NCBI RefSeq assembly: GCF_018977255.1
Contig: NW_024704742.1
Coordinates: 132,062,001-132,126,000 of the forward strand
Origin: Callorhinchus milii
Taxonomy: Eukaryota
Length of the DNA stretch: 64,000 bases
Direction of reading: 5' to 3'
Position numbers and translations under genes: made by a program. The notes under the pieces are model-generated. The model had not been told where the DNA came from. It did no database searches and worked only from the letters and a program-made list of their open reading frames with translations. Every line of letters starts with the position of its first letter. Within the stretch, counting starts at the first letter, position 1. Below are positions 51,207 to 61,866 of the stretch, piece by piece.

Positions 51207-52504
51207 CTTTGGGTTTTAAGGTGGGATTTAAAGATAATAAAAATAATAATTCTTACATTTGACTTAGCGCCTTATCGTGTTGTTATGTCTCAATGCGCTT
51301 CACAGAATATACTGTAAAGTGAATTGACTGTATATTTTGTGGACGAAACATGGCAGCCAATTGCGCACAGCAGTGTCCCACAAACAGTCATGGATTGAGT
51401 GACCACATTTTTTTTTGAACATAGATAAGTGGATTGGGTTGGGGGGTACGGTGGGAAAGGCAGAAGGATTGAAATACCTATGCGCATTTTCATTTATTTG
51501 CATTTTTGCACAAAACTAAATGATCATCTTGGTTCAAAAATCTTTTTTATACATAAAGTAGATATATATATATCTATATTTATATATATAAAACAAAAAT
51601 GACTTGAAATGAGAGATTCTCAGAAATATTATTTTGAACGAGTTATTTTGTTTTTGCTTTTCTGCCCCTCCATCAAGTCAGGACTGATATAGCTATCAAA
51701 GTTGATCTTATGCTTGAAAGAGCAAAATCCATCCAGCACATTGGAGGAAGCATCTCCTGCCTTTTCTCCGCTCGTTTCTTTTGTGTCGAACAGTCAGAAT
51801 TTTTACGATTGCCATTCATACAGCCATTTCCCTCAACTGCAGAAGGTGCATTGTTTTATAATCAGAACATTACCAGGGTGAAATTTCATTACACAGATGG
51901 TGATGAACCAATTTATATCATCAAAACACAGCAGGTATAAATGATCTTGTAGGCACTTTTTTTTGCACTCCGAAATTACATTTATATTAATGTCACTCCA
52001 AATTTCATTGCCTGGAAAATGATATTGCCATGCCTTCCCTGTGCTGGAGAATAGATAGAATGATGAGCTTGAAGCCCACTGCCAAAAAAGAAACTCATTT
52101 AAGAGTTCTACTTGAATCAACTCTTTGATTGACGTTAACCCAAATCCCTTCCAGCTTCTGATGGAATGTTTAAAAAGTCTCTGATGGACAAAGGCAGAAA
52201 TTTGCAGTTAATTTTTATTAATGTATGCCGACAACCTTCCCATCTCCACTGACAGAAACTGTACTGTTCGAATTGATTGTCTTCTGTTCTGAATGCAATA
52301 TTTTTTTTTACCTTCTCCTCCCTGCTCGCCCGAATCATAAATCATTGAAGTGAAATTTATTTACCTGCTTATTTCAATATATATTTATTTATTGACATAT
52401 TCAAATAAGACGACCAAGTGGGACGGCCTGAGGCTCCTCGTATATTCGTTAAGAATTTTTGCAACTTGTCTAATTACTTGTTAATACATTCTGCAGACCT
52501 CTGA

Positions 52505-53820
52505 CACCAATGATGTCTTGACCATCTGCGAACAGCGCTCCCTCTGCCTCCTCGTCCTCCTTGACCTATCGGCCACATTCGATGCAGTCGACCACTCTAT
52601 CCTCCTCCACCGCTTGTCCTCCCATCTCAACCTTCAAGGCCCTGTCCTTGAGTGGTTCAGGTCCTTCCTCTCCCACCGCCTTCATTTTGTCTCTGCAAAC
52701 GGCTTTTCCTCCAGCCCCCGCACTGTCTTGTGCGGTGTCCCTCAGGTCTGTGTCCTCGATCCCCTCCTCTTCACCCTCTATATGCTCCCCCTTGGTGACA
52801 TCATCCGCAGACATGGGGTTAACTTCCACATGTATGCGGATGACACCCAACTCTACCTTTCCTCTTCTACACTGAACTCCACGACCACCGATGTCCTGAC
52901 AGCTGCCTGTCTGACATCGAGTCCTGGAAGAGAGACAACTTTCTTCAGCTCAATGTGCGCAAAACTGAGGCCCTCCTGATTGGCTCACGTCAGCGCCTCC
53001 GCACCTCAGGCGCTGACAGCATCAGCATCCAAGGCTGCACTCTCCACCTCTCAAAGCCAGTCAGGAACCTCGGGGTTCTGTTCGACCCTGAGCTGTCCTT
53101 TCTTCCCCACATCCACTCCACAGCTGGCACTGCCTTCCACCACCTCCGGAACATCGCCAGACGATGGCACTACCTCAGCCCTCACGCTGCTGAAACTCTG
53201 GTCCACGCCTTTATCACCTCAAGGCTGGACTATGGGAACTCTCTCCTTGCCGGCCTTCCCGGCACCTCCCTCCACAAGCTGCAGGTCATTCAGAACTCTG
53301 CAGCTTGTGTACTGTCCCGCACCAGGCTTCACGACCACATCACCCCCACCCTCGCTCGCCTCCACTGGCTTTCCATCCCCCAGAGGATCGAATTCAAGAT
53401 CCTCATCCTCACCTACAAGGCCATTCACGGCCTTGCACCCTCCTACCTCTCCGACCTACTATCCCCCCACACACCTGCCCGTACCCTCCGTTCCTCTGGC
53501 TCCGGTCTGCTCCACATCCCCCGCCCTAACCGCCCTACCATCGGTGGCCGGGCTTTCAGCCTCTCAGCTCCTAGGCCTTGGAACTCCATCCCCCAATGGC
53601 TTCGGCGCCTCCTCCCTTTCCTCCTTCAAGGCCAGTCTCAAGACCTTTCTCTTCGACCATGCCTTCAGCTCCCCTCTCGACTCCTCCTCGCTCCCTCCCT
53701 TCCCTCCCCTCACCCTGACCATTTCGCCCCTGTTCGGGTCCCGACCCAACTGTCCAACGCCTTGGGACGTCCTCCCGACGTGAAAGGCGCTCTATAAATG
53801 CAATCTTGTTGTTGTTGTTG
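52505..53820 (+). mobile_element. 5'-truncated L2-clade LINE with frameshifted reverse transcriptase (non-functional ORF2)
   Basis: ORF 52518-52979: LLDLSATFDAVDHSILL..GVPQ..LDPLLFTLYM..YADDTQLY. ORF 52955-53797: KTEALLIG..RNLGVLFD..SRLDYGNSLL..LHWL..GGRAFS..WNSIP. Frameshift near 52900-52955; hairpin plus (TTG)n tail. Confidence 0.95.
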
Positions 53821-54199
53821 GCGGCTCCAGTGCAGTTCCACGCTCGGCATCCTGTCCTGCAGTACATTGGAGGAAACGTTTCCTGCTTTTTTCTCCCTTG
53901 TTTTTTTTGTCCACACATCTGTTTCTCCTCCCTCCCCTCTCTCCCTGCCATGCCTCCTGCACCATAGCACCATTGCAATGTATATTTGGCCCATTGTAAG
54001 CAACCTCTTAAATTCACGACTGTTCGTGGGACACTGCTGTGCGCAATTGGCTGCTGCGTTTCACCCCCGCAAAACACACTGTCACTACACCTTACAGCAT
54101 ATCCTGTGAAGCAATTTGAGACATCTCAACCACATGATAAGGTGCCATATCAAATGCAAGGATTCTTCTTCTTATTATTAATATTGTGTCTGTGCTGTC

Positions 54200-54362
54200 T
54201 CCTTTAAGAGCAATCCTTTCAGTCCCATTCACTCGCCCTTTCCCCATAGCCCTGTAGCTTACTCTCTTTTAGATATATACCTAGCTCCCTTTTTAAACCT
54301 AAATCCTGCCTCGACCACCGCCCCAGCCAGGGCATTCATATCCTCTGTCTGTGAAAATTTCA
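54200..54362 (-). mobile_element. Old CR1 3' fragment
   Basis: CAGTCCCATTCACTCGCCCTTTCCCCATAGCCCTGTA..CCTGCCTCGACCACC..GGCATTC. Confidence 0.65.
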
Positions 54363-54424
54363 TAACGCCCCCGTCTGCTCATTTGCTAACTATCTTACAT
54401 TGATACCCTCCAGTCCCAGGATCC

Positions 54425-54725
54425 ACACGCTCATTTCTCCTCTTTCCCCTCTCACCCTCCCCATCAATCTCCACTGGCTCCCAGACCACAGACTGATCAA
54501 CTTCAAGATCCTTGTCCCAACTTTCAACTCCCAACACAATCCTCCCTCTAGATTCCCCACATGTATATTCTCCTGTCTGTACCCTCCGCTCCTCCCACTC
54601 TGATTTACTCTTTGTTTCTCAGCCCTACCACCACTCCCCAGCTCTCCTCCTCCACCTCCCCTTCTCCACCCCATCATAGTCTGAGCCTTCACACACTACG
54701 CTCACACTCTCTGGAACTTGCTCCC
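54425..54725 (+). mobile_element. Degenerate L2 fragment
   Basis: NLHWLPDHRLINFKILV translation; CTCTGGAAC. Confidence 0.7.
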
Positions 54726-54778
54726 CAAAATTACTCATAGCTATCTATGCTCATTGCCCTTAAAACCCCCTGCATTTG

Positions 54779-55090
54779 ATAATAATGATCCTTGCATTCG
54801 ATATAGCGCTTTTCCCGTCTTCTAGACTGCTGACGTCTCAAAGCGCTTCACAGAATAGACTATAAAGTGAATTGACCGTATATTTGTGGGCGAAATGCGG
54901 CAGCCAATTGCGCACAGCAGTGTCCCACAAACCGTCGTGGATTGAAATGACCAATTTTTTTTTTTTTTGAGGGATTATTATCAGGCGTGTGGAGTAAGGA
55001 AACTTGCCCAACGTTTCACCCTGCCAGGAATTGAACCTCGGTCTCTCGCTTGCAAAGCGAGTGCTCTAACCACTGAGCTACAGGACTCCA
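54779..55090 (-). mobile_element. SINE family A short form
   Basis: Full head GGAGTCCTGTAGCTCAGTGGTTAGAGCACTCGC; tail. Confidence 0.9.
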
Positions 55091-55119
55091 TTTTTGATGT
55101 TACCTTTGGCTTAGTTTAG

Positions 55120-55380
55120 GATGGGCCAAGACAGTATAACAAGAGCACATTGTTTTACAGTGGTAAAGGGCAATTTCAGGACAGATGCCAGATTGATTTT
55201 CTTTACTCAGAAGCCAATTGATGCCTGGAACAGTTTTCCAGGAAAGGTGGTAGAGGCCAGGACACTGGACTCATTTAAAAAGCAGTTTGATACTGTATTG
55301 GGTGGAAGGTTGGGTTGGTATTCTGGAAAGATGAGATCGGGTGGGCCAAAGGACATCTGAACCGATCTTGTGAATGTCCT
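55120..55380 (+). mobile_element. CR1 LINE 3' fragment (third family)
   Basis: TRAHCFTVVKGNFRTDARLIFFTQKPIDAWNSFPGKVVEARTLDSFKKQFD; related to 26440-26590(-). Confidence 0.85.
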
Positions 55381-56309
55381 CAAATTTTACCAGCTCTTCA
55401 ACCTGCTTGGTGACACTTTGAGATCTGTCCGAAATGGAGTTTTTAAGCTATCCTAAGTGAAAGGTTGGGTTTCTGTGCAAATCCAGGCCAACAATCCCCC
55501 CAGATAAAAGTGCTGATTCACTTCATGGCTGTTTGTGAGACATTCCTGTGCGCAAATTGGCTGCTCCATTCACCTACAAAATACACAGTCACTACACTTT
55601 GCAATAACTTCCTGTCAAGTGTTTTGAGACGTAATCCCAATTCTACATCAAATGCAAGGCTTATATATTGCTATTAAATTGTAGTTATAGTAATATTGCC
55701 AACAGCAGTGCCGTCCGTTGGTGTTCTTTGATTATTGGACAGATGTAAGTTGAAAAAAATATTTATATTATGTGAATAATATCGACATCTGAAAAGCCTT
55801 TTCAACTTCTTTCGGGGAGCACACATCAATCTTTCACGCTACACCTTACACAGAAGGATCTCATTTGAAATTATAATGCTATAAATTTCTCCCGAATCCC
55901 ATCATTCAGGCTAGTCAATCTTTTTTCAGGTGAAAAATCATCAAGGATAAAACGCAGTGTAACATGACGGGGTACACATTGACAGAGGCAGCCCACGACT
56001 GATGAGACTGACCTTGTTTGGTTGAAAGTGGCATTATTGTTGCGTTAACAGATGAGTCTGCACCAATGTGATTAAGTAATTGTGTCGCCACTCACATCTG
56101 TTGCCGGAGCTTTGGATATCTCCTGTTTGAAGTTAAAACTAAGAGAGGCAAAATAGGTCACTCGCTTCACGGCTGTTTGTGGGATATAGCTGGGCGCAAA
56201 TTGTTTGCCAATTTCGTGGAACAAAACTAGACAGCCACTAAACTTTGCATTAAAAGATCCTGTGATGCGCTTTGACATAGTTTGATGATGTGATAAGGTG
56301 TTACATACA

Positions 56310-56790
56310 ATAATTACAATCTTTGCATTTGATATAGCTCCTTCATCGAGATGTCTTAAAGAGCTTCACTGGATTTTAGTGTAAAGTGTAGTGATTGTAT
56401 GATTTGTAGGCAACCCAATTTGCGCGCAGCAGCGTCCAACAAATAGCCATGGAGTGAATGAGAAATTTGTATCTGAGAGGATTGTTGGCCAGGACACAGG
56501 GAAAAAACTCCACTTTTCAGATAGTGTCATGGAATCATTAATATCTACCTGAACAGGCACAGAGGGGACCTTGTTTTGGCATCTTACACAAAGGAAGGCT
56601 CTCCATTGTGCAAGATGTCACAACGAGGTCCACTCTGTGATTAGAGCTTCAAACAATTCAGTGGAATCTCCCACAGCAGTGCATTGGCATTTCAGACTAG
56701 TTTGTGCGCTTATAGTCTCGACATCAGGCTAAAATCCAAAACCTTCTGACTCAGGATGAGAGCGCTACCAATTGATCCGGGCTGACACCT
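56310..56790 (-). mobile_element. Family B SINE, full length, degenerate
   Basis: GATTGTTGGCCAGGACACAGGG..ACCTTCTGACTCAGGATGAGAGCGCTACCAATTGATCCGGGCTGACAC. Confidence 0.8.
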
Positions 56791-57120
56791 AAATGCCTAA
56801 TGTATTACTAAAGAATATTTACATGTATGCAGGTAGCTGCTGTGCATCATTAGTTTATTGTTCCACTTGGATGGTACTGTATTGCCTTATACCTCAACCA
56901 GCCAACTCTGCATATTAATATATACTGCACTTGAGCTTGAAACACTATGGTACTATGCTGATTGTTCTTTGCTGCATAATCAGATCATTTTATATTTATA
57001 TATCTTATGAAACTTTAATATTTCACCCAAAAAATACAGTCAATCCATTTTACAGTATATTCTGTGAAGTGCTTTGAGACGTCTCAACAACGTGATCAGG
57101 TGCTAAATCAAATGCAACGA

Positions 57121-57438
57121 TAATAATAATAATAATAGTAATCCTTGCATTTGATATAGCGCTTTTCACATCTTCTAGACATCTCAAAGCACTTCACAGA
57201 ATATACTGGAAAGTGAATTGACTGTATATTTGTGGGCGAAACGCGGCAGCCAATTGCGCACATCACTGTCCCACAAACAGTAGTGGATTGAAATGAACAA
57301 TTTTTTTTTTCTTGAGGGATTATTATCAGGTGTGTGGAGTAAGGAAAAAATTGCCCAAGGTTTCACCCTGCCGGGAATCGAACCCAGGTCTCTCACTTGC
57401 GAGGCGAGTGCTCTAACCACTGAGCTACAGGACTTCAC
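57121..57438 (-). mobile_element. SINE family A short form with intact A and B boxes
   Basis: Reverse: AGTCCTGTAGCTCAGTGGTTAGAGCACTCGCCTCGCAAGTGAGAGACCTGGGTTCGATTCCCGGCAGGG. Confidence 0.9.
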
Positions 57439-57644
57439 AACAATTAATAAAACATTCCCAACTGATCAAATTGCATGCAAAATCATAGAGAGACACAACC
57501 TGGAAACATTTGATATGTCCCAGAATATAATATTGTTTATAATAATCCTTGCATTTGGTACGGCACTTTATCAAGTCATGAGATCTTTAACCTCTGTCTG
57601 AATAGCCGTGGGTAGGACTTTGGTTTAAACTGACAGCGTGAGGT

Positions 57645-58060
57645 GGAGAGATTTGATCCAAGTATGTATATTGTTAGAAAAAGAGAGTGACATAAGTACA
57701 CAACTAAAGGCAGAGAGTGAAGCGAGAGAGAGGAAAAGACTTACATAAAAACAAACACAGTTAGAATGCCAAAAATGCACACTCACAGAGGCAACAAGAC
57801 ACACAAACATACACGCAGGCAGTTAGAAAAGCAGAGACAGATATACACATGGATGCATACAAGTCGTTAGAAAGGCAAAGGCATACTCACACAAAGGCAG
57901 AGATCGACAGATACACACTGGCAGAGAAATCCAGACATACCCACATACACAGTTACAGGCAGACAACAAAGAGAGACACAGACACAGAGAGAGAACCTGA
58001 TGTTTTCATATTCACAGTGGGGCCAATCCCCAATTGGTGTGGATATCAGGATCTCCACTG
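57645..58060 (+). repeat. CA/GA-rich composite repeat, copy 2 of 2
   Basis: See 18455-18795. Confidence 0.5.
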
Positions 58061-58540
58061 TGATTAAAGCACAGTAGAATAGCAATTATTTTCTTGTAAA
58101 TTTCAGCATCAACTGAGCAAGGAGAGTTCACGTGACATCGAGTGCATTGGCTTTTCGTAAATCTTCCAAGTTGACGTTGATCAGAAGCCACCTGCAATAA
58201 TAATACTAATCCCTGCATTTGATATAGCACCTCATCACATCGTTGAAATGTCTCAAAGTGCTTCACAGAATAAACTGTAAAGTGAATTGACCGTATATTT
58301 TGTGGGCAAAACACAGTAGCACAGCAGTGTCCCACAAACGGTAGTGGATTGAGTGACCCAATTATTATTTAATGTTTTTAAATTTGGATTGTGGGATAGT
58401 TTAGGACATATCAAGTGTTTCCGGGATATGTCTGCCTGTGATTTTGCATGCAATTTCATAAGTTGGGAATGCTTTCTTTCATAAAATATAACAATATAAA
58501 ATCATCTGATTCTGCAGCAACAAGCAATCATCACAGTACC

Positions 58541-58970
58541 AACAACAACAACAAAATTACATTTATAGAGCGCTTTTCACATCGGGAGGACGTCCCAATA
58601 CGCTGAACAGTCAGGTGCCAGGGCCCGAGCATGGGGGGAGGGGTGGTGTAGGGATGAGGGAAGGCAGAGAGGTGGGAGGGAAACCAAAGGCACGGACGAA
58701 GAGAAGGGTCTTGAGGCCGGCCTTGAAGGAGGCAAGGGAGGAAGCGAGGCGAAGGGACCGTGGGATGGAGTTCCAGAGTGTGGGGGCAGAGAGGCTGAAA
58801 GCCCGGCCACCGACGGTAGGGTTGTTCGGGCGGAAGACATAGAGCAGCTGGAGCCCGCTGAACGGAGGGAGCGGACAGGTTGGTAGGGAGTCAGCAGGTC
58901 AGAGAGATAGGAGGGGGCAAGGCCATGGATGGCCTTAAAGGTGAGGACGAGGATCTTGAACTCGATCCTC
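58541..58970 (-). mobile_element. L2 LINE 3' fragment
   Basis: (CAA)n, CACATCGGGAGGACGTCCC, GGATCTTGAACTCGATCCTC; related to the 52.5-53.8 kb element. Confidence 0.9.
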
Positions 58971-60359
58971 TTTCATAGCTTGAATACAGTTTATGTTACT
59001 GTGCAGAGTTGGCTGGTTGAGGTATAAGACGATACAGCATCATCCAACTGAAAATGTTGACTTGGATGATATATGAAAAGCTGCCTGAAGAATAGTCACA
59101 TTTGGACAGAGACTGAGAAAGATGTTAATTTGTTATCTTGGTAAATGTCAGATTAGCAAGTCACTACTTACCAGATGGTCAGCTACTAACAATCCAAGCT
59201 GAGAGCACCAGATGCTAACAACAGACATAGTCTTCTGACTCCAACCCTCCTCCTGTTTGGTGCACAGATCGGGATCTACTTTTCAGGATTTCTTAGTTAG
59301 AAATCCTGGACAGGCAAACAGGAACTCAACACCAATGCTCATTCTCACTTGTTCTCATCTCTCTCTTCCCCACATATGTGAAACTCTGTCTGGTTTTGAT
59401 ACTCTTAAGCATGCTGATAATAATAATAATAATAATAAGAGAATCCTTGCATTTCATTATAGCGCCTTATCACATCATCGAGACGTCTCAAAGCGCTTCA
59501 CAGAATATACTGTAAATTTTGTGGATGAGTATGTGGCAGCCAATTGAGCGTAGAAGTGTCTCACAAACAGCCATGGAGTGAGTGATCAATTTTATTGCAT
59601 AGTGATATTGTACACATACAAGAGTCTTAAGTATTGATGGTTTTCTGCATGTATCAAACACCCAGCTGACCCCAAAAAACTGCATTATTTCAAGGGATGT
59701 TGATAAAAGTGCAGGTCAAGAGCTGTTCATTCTAAGCAGCCATCAACATCTGATAAGATTAAGACCAGCCGAAGACTGAGAATGGTTTGTGGAATCCAGT
59801 GTGATTTTAAAATTCAGCTTCAATTTTTTTTTGAGACACGTCATGGCCGGTGTTAAGGGACTGACCAGAATGTAACAATAATCCTTATACTATCACATTG
59901 TCGAGACATCTCAAAGTGCTTCACAGAATTTACTGTGTATTTGTCGGTGAATGAAACAGCAAAGTTGCACACAATACGAACAGCCATGAAACAGCCATGG
60001 ACACAGGGAGAAACTCCCTTCCCTTCTCAAATAGTGCCATGTGATCTTTAATGACACCTAGATAGCCAGACAAGACCACAGTTTAATGTATCAAATGAAA
60101 GATGAGTTAGGATACCTACAAATATCTGATTTATTATAATGGAAGATAACAATTCCAAAATATGCTATTTATAATAACCCATGATTATCTATCATGTATA
60201 TTTCAAAATCTTCCATGTGATAATAAATATTTTAAATTAACCTATTTATAATAATGAAAATGTAATAGCAAGGATTTTCAAAATGTACCTATTTATTTGA
60301 ACTATTTAATGTAAATATGTCATGGTAATAACTTGCTTCTGACACTTCATGTCCTATTT

Positions 60360-61332
60360 ATGATAATCCTTGCATTTGAAATAGCACCTTTTACATTGGG
60401 GGAATGTCTCAAAGTGCTTCATGGGTCTTACTGTAAAGAGAAGTGACTGTTTGTAGGTGATCGCGGCAGCCCAATTGCATACAGCAATATCTCACAAACA
60501 GCCATGAAGCAAATGGCCAATTTTGTTTGAGGGATTGTTGACCAGGACACCAGGAGAAACACTTTCTCTTTTCAAACAGTTCTATGCGATCTTTAACTTC
60601 CCAACTCCTCCTTCCATACGCTGCAGATAATCCAGAACTCTGCAGCCCGTGTCCTCTCCCACACTAGGCTCTGCAACCCTAACACCCCCATTCTTGCCCA
60701 ACTCCACTGGCTTCCCATCACACGGAGGATGCTATTCAAGATCCTGGTCCTCACCTTCAAAGCCCTCCATGGTCTTGCTTCTCCTACCTTTACGACTTCT
60801 TAACCCCCTACCATCCTGCTGCTCCCTCAGCTCAGCAAGCTTCAGCCTGCTTCATGTCCCCCATCTCACTCGCCCCATCTCACTTGGTAGGTGGGCCTTC
60901 TGCCACTCTGCTCCCATTCTCTGGAACTCCATCCCACAGTCCCTCCGCCTCGCTCCCTCACTTGCCACCTTCAAGACCCATCTCAAGACCCTCCTCTTTG
61001 ACCGTGCTTTCGATCTCCCTGCTTTCGCCCCCCCCCCCCCCCACCGCCTTCCACCCTCCCTGACCCCGACCTCCAGCTCGGATCCGTAACTCTGTCTGTC
61101 CTCCCAACGTGAAAGGGGCTTTACAAATGTAATTTTGTTGTTGTTGTTTGTTGTTGTTGTTTTTGTTCCACCTGGACAGACAGGCAGGGCCTCAGTTTAA
61201 TGTCTCATTCGAAAGACAGCACCTCCAACAATGGAGCTTTCCCCCGCATTGTATTGGAGTTTCAACCTAAAACTGTGAGTCCAAAGTCCTGACCCAGAGG
61301 TGAGAATGTTAGCAGCTGAGCCTTGCTGACAC
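60360..61332 (-). mobile_element. Family B SINE split by an antisense L2 (60603-61165)
   Basis: GCGATCTTTAACTTCC[L2]TTCCACCTGGACAG reconstitutes the B consensus GATCTTTAACATCCACCTGAACAG. Confidence 0.8.
60603..61165 (+). mobile_element. L2 LINE 3' fragment
   Basis: LQIIQNSAARVLS..LHWLPI..FKILVLTFKALHGLA..GRWAFCHSAPILWNSIPQSLR; (TTG)n tail. Confidence 0.9.
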
Positions 61333-61814
61333 AAGAATGGTATGAATAGTATTAACGAACTTGAGAATAACAAAAAATTCAATAATCATTTGCATTTATA
61401 TAGCTCCTTTTGCATAGGAGAATATCTCAAAACACTCTGAACTATGTGGGCGATTAATGGTGACATGGGGTTGGTGGGAAAGGAACAGTGAAAGTTTCGA
61501 GTTTTTTGGGGTGGGTTTGAAACCAAAAGCACAATTAATGGACTACTATCAAACACCTTAATATATGTCTCGAGGGGAGTGCAGAAGGTATTATTTGAGG
61601 CTGAAATTGTGAAGCTGTTGGCGTGAACCAGACTATAATGTTCAACAGATTTACAGAAAATTGTTCCTTTGCATTTGCTGTTACTTTTTTTTAACAACGA
61701 TGACAATAATAATGGTAATAAAAATAATCTTCGCATTTGACTTAACACCTTTTACATCGGGAGGATGCCTCAAAGCGCTTCACAGGATTTACTGTAAAGT
61801 GTAGTGACTGTACA

Positions 61815-61866
61815 AGTGCTCTGGGACGCTACCCCACGTGAAGAGCGCTATATAAACGCAAGTTGT
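61815..61866 (+). mobile_element. 52-bp L2 3' tip with TGTACA target-site duplication, inside a family B SINE (61700-62010, -)
   Basis: TGTACA at 61809-14 and 61867-72; insert AGTGCTCTGGGACGCTACCCCACGTGAAGAGCGCTATATAAACGCAAGTTGT. Confidence 0.8.

Larger units (their letters stand above)
56830..59090. repeat. Long ancient inverted repeat, each arm interrupted by later insertions
   Basis: 56830-56942 pairs with 58971-59090; 56949-57012 with 58477-58540; 57454-57521 with 58403-58470. Confidence 0.85.

Noticed and set aside
51560..51590. (AT)n tract and other simple repeats ((TC)n 33953, (TG)n 23305, (TAA)n runs)
   Set aside because: Common microsatellites or SINE tails.
52980..53783. 267-aa Ser/Pro/Thr-rich ORF
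   Set aside because: Alternative frame of the C-rich L2 ORF2.
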